Assembly (NCBI GenBank): GCA_963769025.1 | Contig: CAVYKI010000003.1 | Coordinates: 1,317,822-1,381,821 of the forward strand | Length of the DNA stretch: 64,000 bases | Direction: 5' to 3' | Source: an uncultured Verrucomicrobiae bacterium | GTDB taxonomy: Bacteria > Verrucomicrobiota > Verrucomicrobiia > Chthoniobacterales > Chthoniobacteraceae | Part shown: piece by piece, positions 52,502 to 62,523 of the stretch | Position numbering within the stretch: position 1 is the stretch's first letter | How the letters are laid out: every line of letters starts with the position of its first letter | The notes under the pieces: generated by a model | The model's input: only the letters and a program-made list of their open reading frames with translations | What the model was told of the DNA's origin: nothing | Database searches by the model: none | Position numbers and translations under genes: made by a program

Positions 52502-53098
52502 ATGAATCCCGCACGTCGCACCGTGAAAATCGCACTGGCCGCGCTCCTGGGCGCGTCGCTCGCGCTGCCTGCGCGGGCGATGGTCGAGTTTGTGCCCGAG
52601 TTCGTCACCACGAAGCTGGAGGACGGATTCCAGAATCTGGAAGTCATGCTCCGGGACGGAAGTTCGCGCGTCATCTATTGCCCGCCGGCCGGCTGGAAGG
52701 CGGAGCCCGGCGCGCGCTACCTGCGGTTTTACCCGCCCGGCGCGTCGCAGGCGGATCTCATGATCGAGGCGGACAAGGCGCCCGCCGGCCGGGTGCTGGA
52801 TGCGGCCGCAGCCGAGGATTGCCGCGCGCGGCTGAAGTCTTCGCTTCCCCGCGAAAGTTCCAACGTCGTCGTGGAGGCGGACGAGTCGAATCCCGGCCTG
52901 GTCGCGAACTGCCCGACCTTCGGCACGACCGTGGCCTACACGAGCGGCGGCGCGCGCTATCGCAAGCGGACCCTCTTCGTCTTCGCGCACGATTCCGAGA
53001 TCCGCTTCAGCTTCGTCGCGCGCATCGCGGACTTCGACCGCCTCTACCCCGCGGTGCGCCGGAGCCTGTTTTCCTGGCGCTGGGAAAAGGCGCGGTGA
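52502..53098 (+). CDS. Secreted hypothetical protein
   Basis: Signal peptide ending ARA; 15 bp after the pilin genes. Confidence 0.65.
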   Translation: MNPARRTVKIALAALLGASLALPARAMVEFVPEFVTTKLEDGFQNLEVMLRDGSSRVIYCPPAGWKAEPGARYLRFYPPGASQADLMIEADKAPAGRVLDAAAAEDCRARLKSSLPRESSNVVVEADESNPGLVANCPTFGTTVAYTSGGARYRKRTLFVFAHDSEIRFSFVARIADFDRLYPAVRRSLFSWRWEKAR

Positions 53099-53152
53099 CC
53101 GGCGCGGCGCGCGCACTTGCGCACGCCGGGCAAATGCGGCATCGAAGCGGCG

Positions 53153-54280
53153 ATGAACGACAGCCGCCGCATCGAAGTGAACCTCGGCCCGCGCAGCTAT
53201 TCCGTGCTGATCGGCAGCGGATTGCTCGCCGGGCTCGGCACGCTTTTGCGCGCGGAAGGCCTCCGGCAGGCCGACGCATTCGTCATCACGAACCAGGACG
53301 TCGGCGCGCATTACTTCGGGACCGTGCGCGCGTCGCTTGAGGCGGCCGGCTTCGCCCGGATCGTCCGGCACGACATCCGCGTGGGCGAGGAAGGCAAGAA
53401 CTGGGACGAATTCACGAAGACCTGCGGCGCGCTGCTTGAGAATTTCCCGGATGCCGGGTCCGCGCCGCTCGTGCTGCTGCTCGGCGGCGGCGTGGTCGGC
53501 GACCTCGGCGGGTTCGCGGCCGCGGTGTTCCGGCGCGGCGTGCCGTTCGTCCAGATCCCCACCACGCTCCTCTCGGCGGTGGATTCGAGCGTGGGCGGGA
53601 AGGTCGCCGTCAATTTCGGCGGCGTGAAAAACATCATGGGCGCATTCAGCCAGCCGCGCCTCGTCGTGTGCGACCTCGACACGCTGGGCACGCTCGGCCC
53701 GCGCGAGATTCGCAGCGGCATGGCGGAGGTCATCAAATACGGCGCGGTGTGCTCGGCGGAACTTTTCGCGAAGCTCGAACACGGCGCGCTGGAAAGGCTC
53801 CTCGCCCTCGACCGCGCGGTCCTCGCCGACATCGTCGCGCAATGCGTCCGGCTGAAGGCCGACGTCGTCGAGCAGGACGAGCACGACAGGCTCGGCATCC
53901 GCAACGTCCTCAACTTCGGCCACACCGTCGGCCACGCGCTCGAGCTTTCCGCCGACTACACGCTCACGCACGGCGAAGCCATCGCCATCGGCATGGTCGC
54001 CGCCACGCGCATGGCCGTGCGGCTCGGCACCGTCGGCGCGGAATTCCAGGAGCGGCTCCTCGCGCTGCTCGGGCGCGCCGGCCTGCCGCTCAGCTTCCGG
54101 GGCGAAGGCGATGCCCCGGCGCTCTTCGACCGCATCCTCCGCGCCCTGCAGATGGACAAGAAATTCCGCGACGGGCGGAACCTCTTCGTCCTCCCCACCG
54201 GCATCGGCTCCTGGGCCCCGCACGGCAACGTGGACTGGGCGCTCGTCCACGACTGCGTCCGCTCCGTCCTCGCGGAATAA
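53153..54280 (+). CDS. aroB: 3-dehydroquinate synthase
   Basis: GGGVVGDLGGF, PTTLLSAVDSSVGGK, LNFGHTVGHALE, HGEAIAIG, DKK. Confidence 0.96.
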   Translation: MNDSRRIEVNLGPRSYSVLIGSGLLAGLGTLLRAEGLRQADAFVITNQDVGAHYFGTVRASLEAAGFARIVRHDIRVGEEGKNWDEFTKTCGALLENFPDAGSAPLVLLLGGGVVGDLGGFAAAVFRRGVPFVQIPTTLLSAVDSSVGGKVAVNFGGVKNIMGAFSQPRLVVCDLDTLGTLGPREIRSGMAEVIKYGAVCSAELFAKLEHGALERLLALDRAVLADIVAQCVRLKADVVEQDEHDRLGIRNVLNFGHTVGHALELSADYTLTHGEAIAIGMVAATRMAVRLGTVGAEFQERLLALLGRAGLPLSFRGEGDAPALFDRILRALQMDKKFRDGRNLFVLPTGIGSWAPHGNVDWALVHDCVRSVLAE

Positions 54281-54471
54281 TCAGTCCGGCCCCTTTCACA
54301 AAAACCAAGTGCTAACCAACGCACGCATATCAGCCGACTAACCGCAGGGGACCAGACACCCGCCTGACTCGCCGCCCCACTTCCCCGGCCACGGTTCCCA
54401 GCCCTTCAAGCAACGTTACTTCCACCAAGTAATGAAGAATCCCCTTTTTCCTCTTGCCAACAAGACAGCCA

Positions 54472-54595
54472 TATCAACGACCCCAAGCTCAGCGACGGCG
54501 GAGGCTGGCGCGGCCCGTGCATGGCGGGTGGAAAGGCGGCGGCGGAAGCACGGGCCGTGACAGCCGGAGCCGTTCGCTGCAGCGCATGGTTAGGC
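54472..54595 (-). repeat. Integron attC site 1
   Basis: Minus strand: GCCTAAC (RYYYAAC)...GCTGCAGCGAAC...GCTGAGCT..GTT, about 120 bp; upstream ORF stops in TAAC. Confidence 0.8.
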
Positions 54596-54973
54596 GTTAA
54601 GGTTGGTATTTGATTCGCCTGTTTCTTGACTGCGAACTGGCGTCCGGGAAAGGGAGTGGAGCACTCCGATTGCACAAAGCGAGAAGTGCCACCGAAGGCC
54701 GAGCGATTTTGTAGAAGGGCGTCTCCTGAACTCGAAGTAGATGCCGACGGCGTCCGGCAGTCGCGGTCGACCAACGACTACGCACCGGTCGATGAGTGCA
54801 CGCCTGCGCGAAGTTGGGACGACCACGAGCGGCGGCAAAGGCAAGAAGTCACACCAACGACTGCACCGGTGATTGTCAGCGAACGAGACTGCTGAACACG
54901 AATCGTGACGGCGTACCAGCACACAGAGAAACAAGAGCAATGCAATGGCTAGGACTAGTGCTTTCGGATTCAT
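54590..54973 (-). CDS. Gene-cassette ORF, small membrane protein (possibly frameshifted)
   Basis: Fills the space between the two attC sites; ATG 14 bp after the GTT; hydrophobic N-terminus. Confidence 0.55.
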   Translation of the reverse strand: MNPKALVLAIALLLFLCVLVRRHDSCSAVSFADNHRCSRWCDFLPLPPLVVVPTSRRRALIDRCVVVGRPRLPDAVGIYFEFRRRPSTKSLGLRWHFSLCAIGVLHSLSRTPVRSQETGESNTNLNA

Positions 54974-54982
54974 AGAATAGCG

Positions 54983-55131
54983 CCTGAACGACCCCAAGCT
55001 CAGCGACCGCGGAGTGCGGCGCGGTAGCTGCATGGCGGGCGGAAAGGCGGCGGCGGAAGCAGGCGGCGTGACGCACGGAGCGAGTTCGCTGCAGCGCAGC
55101 CGGAGCCGTTCGCTGCAGCGTCTGTTTGGGT
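54983..55131 (-). repeat. Integron attC site 2 (composite)
   Basis: Shares AACGACCCCAAGCTCAGCGAC and GGAAAGGCGGCGGCGGAAGCA with site 1; GTTCGCTGCAGCG arm duplicated. Confidence 0.78.
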
Positions 55132-55290
55132 ATCCGCAGAACTTACGTAAGTCTGCGATTTCATAGAGCGTTACGCGATACATGGAATTTGGTGGTAGCG
55201 CAAGATTCCGTTAATTCACCGGGCGATTTGCATGGAATTTGTCTGGAAAGCCGCCTCAATCACAGAGGAGACGGGGAGCGGATGGGGACG

Positions 55291-56482
55291 CTAAGGTTTG
55301 CTGAGTTTTCGGAGTTCTGCAACTAGCCCGTCCTTGTGCTGTACACGTCTGATTTCCGCAAAAGGTAGTGAGCGATGTAGTGGCAATTCGGACAGAGCGT
55401 GATCAGGTCTTCAGCCCTGTTTTCTCCGGCTGCTTCCGTTCGCTCAACGGATCCAAGTGGTGGGCCTGCACAATCTGATCGTCGTAATGAAACTCACAGG
55501 CGACACAAGTGAAGCGATCTCGCTTCTTGGCGCTAAGAACCAACTTGCCGCTTCGCCGGAGTCGGTACCCTGCATCTCCATCCTCTCGCCCTCCAGTTCT
55601 CCGGCGTCTTCTTCATCCCGGAGTTCTGCCATCACGGACGCCGTGCGCTGGTCTCGCTTAGTATTCTTCCCGATCCATAATGGCTTTACATCCTCTAAAT
55701 AGAAGAACCAGCGGCGCTTCCTGTCGGAATCGTCTGTCACTCCATGGTAGTCGTAGAGTTTTTCCCGGATACGGCCGATCCGACGTTCTCGATCCAGGAT
55801 TCCCTCCTCGGCGATGACGTGGGCGAATACGGATACGATTTGCGTCTTATGATTTTCGGAAACAATGGCCTCGTATCGATCCGGAGAAGCCAGATGAAGA
55901 AGATATATGATAGATGCTGCATTTGTTTTCCGTGAAGAACTCAGACTCGGAGTCAATCTCGCCGTAGATCGCGTCGTAGGCCAGCGTCTCGATCATGAGT
56001 TTCGCTTCTTCCACGGTCTTGAGAGTGGGATTCTCCGCCACGACTTTGAAAATTCGGCAGATGGAGAGAATTTCGTGGTACTCATTTGTCAAGTGCCACA
56101 TTCCAGGATTGGCGATAGTGTGTTCCCCACTGAAGAAGTATCGGGTTCCTGAAACAATCTCGCGATCCGCGAACCAGCGTAGAGCATAGGAACGTTTTAC
56201 TTCACCCGAAATACTGCGAACTGGCATGCACCAGAGATATTCCAAGTTGGCAAACAAACGCTTCGTGTTTGAGGCCGCGCCTTGAAACTGTTGTTCCGCT
56301 TTCTCGTCAAATGACGCTTTAGACACATCGAAACCTTCGACAAACCTCGACTGGATCTCGTCGAAAGCGGCAGTGAAGTCGAGCGGCTCGTTGCTAACGG
56401 TGATGTAGCTCCTGTGATCGATAACGACGCTCTGCAGGAACTCGTCAAACACTCGGTAGGAATGATACTTCTGCCAGTTCAC
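55291..56482 (-). pseudogene. HNH endonuclease with McrB-N-terminal-like domain (several frameshifts)
   Basis: LLHLASPDRYEAIVSENHK; frames missing from the ORF track give FTCVAC...QAHHLDP...DLITLCPNCH. Confidence 0.7.
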
Positions 56483-56581
56483 AGGTTAAGGAGTTCTAGG
56501 TCCGGCAATGAATCGCGCGCCGAAATGCTCACGTGGCCATCACGCTGGAAACGAAACATGCAAAGGGCCTCCGCGCATTTA

Positions 56582-58270
56582 TCACTCACTTTCGACGGAA
56601 ACCGTGATGCAGCCATCGGGCAACTCACTGCCATCTGGCAAAGTCAGTCTCGAAAATAAGGCTTTCAGGCGCTCGACCTTCTGCGAGCGCTGGGAATGTG
56701 CACAGAAATACAAGTCGGTTCCCGGAACCTGAGTATAGCTGTAGGGTCTGTTCTGCGCGTTATTCATAAAGTCCGATGCCGGATTCGTTGACAGCGGAAA
56801 TCTCACAATTGGCATCTCCATCAGCTGATCCCGCATCGGCTTTTTAAACGTATCAAGAAGAAGTTTCAGAAGCTCAACAATCGTATCGGTATCATTGTTC
56901 TTTCTAATTGTTTGTTCCGGCCTATCGATGTCGAGAGCACCCCAATCGATCACCACCTTTATCCCCTCCCTTCCACCGTTTCGGTCTTCTTGCGACTCGC
57001 CGTATGGTTCATCCGGAAAAAGGTCACCGGTGGGAACGCGAGCATCAGCATAGATACGAGCAATATAGTCCTGAAAGTGTTGGGTCAGGTTCTGTAAGCC
57101 GGCGCGATTCACGTGGCATTCGGGACAAATTAAAACACCATTCTTGAGAGTCGTTTCTCCTCCGGCGGTATGCTCAAGGATATGGTGAATCGTCGCATCA
57201 CGGAATGCAACTCGGCGGTCCGGTCTTGAGCATCTAGGATTCTGGCATAGCCCTCGATCACGATTCCAAATCACCTCGCGCTCCAGTGAATCGAAAAGAC
57301 GATTAGGGTCCCGCAAAACAAACCTAATTTTCGGGTAAATTTCGGACAGCATGAATGAGTGCCTGATGCGAATTATCTCGGCGGTATCTGAGCCTGATCC
57401 GGACAGGAGCCGACCGAACCGCTCATGGTGAGGAAGCGATTCACGGTTTTCCCTGTGATGCAACCGCGCTGCTGCAACCTCCTGCTTGAAAGCAAGAAAG
57501 GCATCCACAACAGTCTCCTTCCATTCGTTGGTATAATTACCCTGATCAAGCGTATCCACCAGCATCGCAAAATGAAATGCCATCTGGAATGAAATGGGAC
57601 CAGCCTCCTTCAGGCTACTGAACTTCGGAAGAGCAACAACCCGATCAAGCAGATCAACAACTCGCTTCGCGCCCGGGTCGTCGAGAGGAAGATCAAGATT
57701 ATCGAGGTAGAAGTCATTGATCGTTTTGCCCTTGAGGTCGACAAAATCGATCTCCGAGCGCTCCCGAAGCATGACGGTCATCGCCAATCCCGCGAAGAAT
57801 TTGCGCATTTCGGCATGGCCGTCGACGTAGTGCTCCCCATCAGCCACTGTGAGTCGCTTGGCGCTGGCTTTCTTGAACTGATTAAAGAACGCTTTGGGGT
57901 GTGAAAGCCGATGGCCAGGCTTGCCGGCGTGTTGAATCACAAAGTTTGTGAAATCACCGGGCCAGGCGTCTCGCTTTTCTTGTGCTGTCAATGGAGTGCC
58001 CGCCTGCAAACGAATGAAAAGGTCTCTTACTTCATTCCGCTCTGCGGTGATCTCTACGACGAGCAATTCGTGATTAAGAAGTCTGTTTCGGTCTTCATGT
58101 TCGAGTTCTTGAAACTTCTTTCCGGTCCATGCTGGAAGGAGCGACGCATCGACCGGAACGATAGTGCCCGGTCGTGCTCTTTTGGGATCAGGCAAGGAAA
58201 ACTCATTCTGAGAGTAGGCTACGATTGAGGCGAGCCGCTGCTGTCCATCCACTAACACAGCGCGCTGGGA
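56582..58270 (-). pseudogene. 5'-truncated DUF262-HNH protein (GmrSD-like) with extra C-terminal domain
   Basis: VDGQQRL, LFIRLQAGTPL; HNH CQNPRC...IHHI...GGETTLKNGVLICPECH; DUF262 N-terminus absent. Confidence 0.8.
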
Positions 58271-58284
58271 TGAAAAGTTCGACG

Positions 58285-58948
58285 TCATCCTCGCCAATCC
58301 GGCACATCCACAGTGCAGCCCGAGCCGTGTGCAGCCAGTATCAGTTCCTTTGCGATCTCGTAGAACATCTCTCGCGTGGGAACGCCATGCGACGTCTCAT
58401 CACCGCTCGCGCCTTGCAGGCAGTAATATACTGGCAGCCAGCCTGGAAGTGCATCAGGAGCCAGGAGCTGTTTGAGCACTGACGTTTTGCCCACACGTCG
58501 AACACCATCGAGAATGAGCACCGTGCCGGGGCCGGTTGGTCGCAGTGAGCGGCGGATTTCGTCGAGCACATCGTTGCGACCAAAAAACAGATCGCGATCG
58601 CGTGCGGAAAGTGAAGTGCCAGTGATGTATGGCGAGACATCAAGCCGTCTCGATTTCACCTCTGTGCTGAGAGATTGCACATCCACAGCCAGCTCAAAGT
58701 TTCCACTGCAGGGCTGTTCGTCGAGCCGGACCGCCTTCCACGCGAAGTGGAAGATTTTCTGCCCTACAATTTCCGGCGTCCACAAATGCGGCCACTGGTT
58801 CGTTCCCTGCGCTGGTAGCAGAGGCCACGGGCGTGTCGCTGACGCCCCGGCGCCACTCGGCAGATCGAGCGTCACTCGTTTTAGAGGCAGCGGACCTGCG
58901 TTTCGCACGGTCACTGTGAGTTCCACAGGTTTGCCTACGGTTTCCGCG
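58285..58948 (-). pseudogene. STAND-type ATPase fragment (Ig-like domain + Walker A)
   Basis: SPYITG, FFGRND, GVRRVGKTS. Confidence 0.78.
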
Positions 58949-59619
58949 AACTGATCCATCGCCACGAAAAGGTTTCGGCGATTCTCACCGGTTCACAGTT
59001 GATGAAGACGCTCCGGCGTGAGTATTTCCATCCGCTCTTCGGCATCGGCAAGGCGATACCAATCGGCGCCCTGGACCGTCCGTCGGCTCAGCTTCTCGTG
59101 ACGCGCCCGGTTGAGGGAACCCTGACTTTTTCTGACGCCGCCCGCGATGCCATCGTGGATCTGTGCGGCTGCCAGCCGTTTCTAATCCAGCACCTTTGCA
59201 GCGCAGTCTTCGACATTGCTGCTCGCGATGGACTCGAGAGCCTCACGACGGAGCACGTTGAACAAGCGGTTACAAAGTGGCTGGAGCGCGATCAGCATTT
59301 CGCCATCGTCCTGAAAAGCGACGTAGATGATCCACGTCGGCAATGCGTGCTCTTCGTCATCGCCGAATTGGAGCGCCGAGGCGTCGCGGTCACTTTCGAG
59401 ATTTTACGCGATGCGCTCGAAGAACGCGGATTGGCCGGCGACGCGGAGCTGACGAATCATCTTCAATACCTCGCCGACGCCACGGTCGTGAGCTGTGAAG
59501 GAACGGATGATCTCAAGGTCTATCGCATCACGATTCCTCTGCTTGCGCGCTGGCTTGCCCGGCAGGATGCCGCGCTCTACCTCGCCCGTGCGCAACGGTT
59601 TGACGAAGGACGACTATGA
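58942..59619 (+). pseudogene. STAND-type ATPase C-terminal fragment
   Basis: FRELIHRHEKVSAILTGS, HPLFG, CGCQPFLIQHLC, winged-helix-like end; no Walker A or B. Confidence 0.7.
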
Positions 59620-61181
59620 GTGAAACCGCCTATCAAGTCTTCGGTTCGGGCCGACCGGCGTTGCTCGGTCGCGCTTCCGAAGTAGCGTCAATTCGCCGCC
59701 AGTGGCAAAACACCAGCATCAACGTCATTGGGCCGAAATTCTACGGAAAGACGGCAATGTTGCGACATCTCTCCGGCCTCGCCGGGCAGGATGGATTCGA
59801 CGATGTGGTTTATTGGAACGTTCGCGACCAGGTGCCGGAAACGCGCGCGCAATTCTTTGAACTGCTTCATGGGCTCATGAGCAAGCAGACGAAAAATGCC
59901 TCCGCCATGCTCGGCGAACCAAAGGAAGAAGACGGGTATTATCAGGAAATCAAAGACGCCGTGGAGGAGATGCAGAAGGACGAACAGCGCCTGCTCATCA
60001 TCATGCAATCTGTCGATGAGTTGCTGCTCCGTGGCGACAACATCAGCCCGAATCTTTGGGACAACCTCGCCCACTTTGCCGGTCAATGTGGTGTGCGTTT
60101 TGTCCTCAGCAGTAGGAAGAAGCTGATTGACTTGGTGCCATCCGAGAGCGCGAAGCTGTCCGACTTCTGGCGCAAGTTTGGGCATATTGAGCCGCTTGGA
60201 GCGTTCGATGAGCGCGATTGGGACGCTGTGATCTCTCCGCTCACCGCCCGCGGAATCTCGCTCGATACGAGCGCGCGCAAGGAACTCGTGAATTGGACTG
60301 GTGGCATTCCACCGCTCGCCATCGGGCTCTGCGCCAAGCTCGACGATAATTCGGATGGAGCGAGGCTCGGGAAAGCCGAGGTAGATAGTGCGGCGAAGGC
60401 GCTCGACCGCCGCTACCTCGATGAGTTGTGGAAGGACTTGCCCGCTGATGTGCGAGAGCGTCTCAGCGAGCTTGCGGACAAGAAGAGTTTGCCGCGAAGC
60501 CAATGCGACATCGCGCTTGCCGATGAACTCCAATCGCGCGCGCTTGCGGATGAAGACCACGGTCACTTCAAGCTCACCAGCCGACTGCTAATGGAGCACG
60601 CTCAGCGGGTCGGCAGCGTGCTACCGGAAATGCGGAGGCTGTTCGGCACTGCGGAAGTGTATCTGCCGAACGTGCGGCGCGTCATTGAGATGCGAATCGC
60701 ACAAACCGCTAGTCTGCATCCTGACATCAAATCGCACTTCAACGCCATCCTTCAGCAACTCGACGATCCCGATGCTGCGATGAAAATGCTGTGCGGCATC
60801 TACGACCGCTGTGCTGACCTGGTCATCAAATTGGATTTTCCGGAAGGCAAGATCGATGGAAGCTGGGTGAGCGACTGGGAAGCGCGCGGAAAATTGCGAC
60901 CAGAAAACCGCGATGTGGACGGCGAGATGCTTAAAGGAAGGGTCCCTAGCCATCGCGGTGCGCGGATGAAACTGCTTGGTCTTCTGCGCGACGACAAAAT
61001 ACTCGGCACCTCCAAGGCGAGGTCATCCACGCTCTGCCTGCTAAACGGTCTGCTCGATACTTCGAACTATTGCCGCCACGCCTTCGAGGTAGGTGAGACG
61101 GTGCCGCTTTCATTCGCGTGCGCGGCGTTATTCTCCGCGCTCGAACTCTGCGGGCAGCTCTCCGAGGATTTGAGGAAATAA
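59616..61181 (+). CDS. P-loop NTPase, STAND-like, degenerate Walker B
   Basis: LLGR, GPKFYGKT, LLIIMQSVD, TGGIPP; ATGA-coupled to the upstream gene. Confidence 0.75.
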   Translation: MSETAYQVFGSGRPALLGRASEVASIRRQWQNTSINVIGPKFYGKTAMLRHLSGLAGQDGFDDVVYWNVRDQVPETRAQFFELLHGLMSKQTKNASAMLGEPKEEDGYYQEIKDAVEEMQKDEQRLLIIMQSVDELLLRGDNISPNLWDNLAHFAGQCGVRFVLSSRKKLIDLVPSESAKLSDFWRKFGHIEPLGAFDERDWDAVISPLTARGISLDTSARKELVNWTGGIPPLAIGLCAKLDDNSDGARLGKAEVDSAAKALDRRYLDELWKDLPADVRERLSELADKKSLPRSQCDIALADELQSRALADEDHGHFKLTSRLLMEHAQRVGSVLPEMRRLFGTAEVYLPNVRRVIEMRIAQTASLHPDIKSHFNAILQQLDDPDAAMKMLCGIYDRCADLVIKLDFPEGKIDGSWVSDWEARGKLRPENRDVDGEMLKGRVPSHRGARMKLLGLLRDDKILGTSKARSSTLCLLNGLLDTSNYCRHAFEVGETVPLSFACAALFSALELCGQLSEDLRK

Positions 61182-61243
61182 CGGCCCACGACCATGAGCT
61201 TCGGCGAGGGCGAAGCTGCCGGAAAATAACTTTCGACGAAATT

Positions 61244-62138
61244 CTACGGCTTCACGATCCGCTTGATGCCGTCGGCGCAGCGCGACCTTGAAACCATACA
61301 GGCACTCGACGGTGACGAAGACGCGATTGCTCTGCGTCTCGGTGTAGCGCAGGTAGCCGAACGTGAGGCCGGTCTCGGGATCGGTGACGGCACCGGCTTC
61401 GTCGTATTCGGCGGCGGGCACCAGGTAGCGCATGGCGACGGCGAGGCCGCTCGGGTGCGCGGCGAAGCCGATGAGCTTCTCGCCGTTCTCCGGCAGGATC
61501 ACCGTCTCGTGCAGATCGAAGCCGGCGAGGCGGCGGATCTGCGCCTCGACGATGCCAGGCTGCGCGACCTGCGGGACGAAGCCTTTCGCGACGACATCAT
61601 CGCCGAGCAGATTCGTGTAGTAGGCGCCGTCGAGAATCAGCGCGCGGTCGGTGACGGGCATCTTCACGGCGCTGCACGCCTCACGGATCGCGAGGAGCTT
61701 TTTGTAGTCGAACGCGCTGGCCGCGAGCGCGGGGATGACGGGCGCGCCGTAGTTCGCCGCCGTGATCTCGCTGAAGATGTCCTGCAACACGTCCTGCGCG
61801 AGCTGCTTCACCGCGGCGGAGACGAGCGTGTCGAGCACGTTGAACGCGGTCTCGCTGGCCTCGCGCGCCGTGAGATGCACGGTCTTGAACTTGTGCCGCG
61901 TGAGCTGCACCGGGATCACGCTCACGGTCGAGTCGGCGTTCGCGGTGTAGTTGCCGGCGAAGTCGCTCGATTGCGTCGGCGTGCCGACGAACGGGACGCG
62001 CACGGTGTCGAGCTTCTCCGCCGGATCGGGCGAGAAGTTGGTGGAGAAGGCGCGCATCGGCGTGAGCGCGGCCGTGAACGGCTGGAGCGCGCGCTGGGCG
62101 ACCTTGATGTCTTGGACGTTGGTGAGCGTGTTGGGCAT
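61244..62138 (-). CDS. Phage major capsid protein, probable HK97 fold (frameshift near 61280)
   Basis: FSTNFS..DTVRVP, RALIL, RLAGFDLHE, AHPSGLAVAMR, TDPETGLTF, ECLYG; true end GIKRIVKP* at 61244. Confidence 0.78.
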
Positions 62139-62150
62139 GACGAGGTGCGG

Positions 62151-62523
62151 TTACTGAGCTTTGAGGATGGCGGCGCGCTGCTCGGCGGTGAGCGAGCGCC
62201 AGAACGCGGTTTGCGCGCGCGGGATCGGTGATGGCGGCGAAACGGGAGGCGAGTGCTTCCGCAGAGTCGTCGTCGCTCGGCGCATCCGTGGCCGGCGATT
62301 CTGTGACGGGCATCGAGCGCTCGGTGGCGTGCTGCGCGGCGGCGCGTGCAAATTCGCCGGGCGTCATGCAAACGAGGCCCTCGGCTTTGGCGAGGGCGCG
62401 CACGGCATCGACCAGGCGACTGTCGGCGGATTCGCCGAGCGTGAGTGGAGCGGTGAAACGCGGCTGCTCCTGCGCGGGCAAAAGAGCGACGACTGCGGCG
62501 AGACGGCTTTCGAGTGAGATCAT
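62151..62523 (-). CDS. Putative capsid scaffolding protein (frameshift near 62215)
   Basis: Acidic linker then LASRFAAITDP/QTAFWRSLTAEQRAAIL*; 12 bp before the capsid gene. Confidence 0.5.

Noticed and set aside
54400..54430. TTCCACCA as a tRNA/tmRNA 3' att remnant
   Set aside because: No T-loop or cloverleaf upstream and no partner repeat in the window.
54472..55131. CRISPR array or REP elements
   Set aside because: Only two long imperfect copies separated by an ORF, with attC-type ends and no cas genes.
56582..58965. Natural ATPase-DUF262-HNH fusion
   Set aside because: Both parts are truncated mid-domain and out of frame; better explained as a rearrangement junction.
61244..62138. Encapsulin
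   Set aside because: No recognisable cargo enzyme; scaffold-like neighbour and mobile context favour a phage-type capsid, though no fold search was run.
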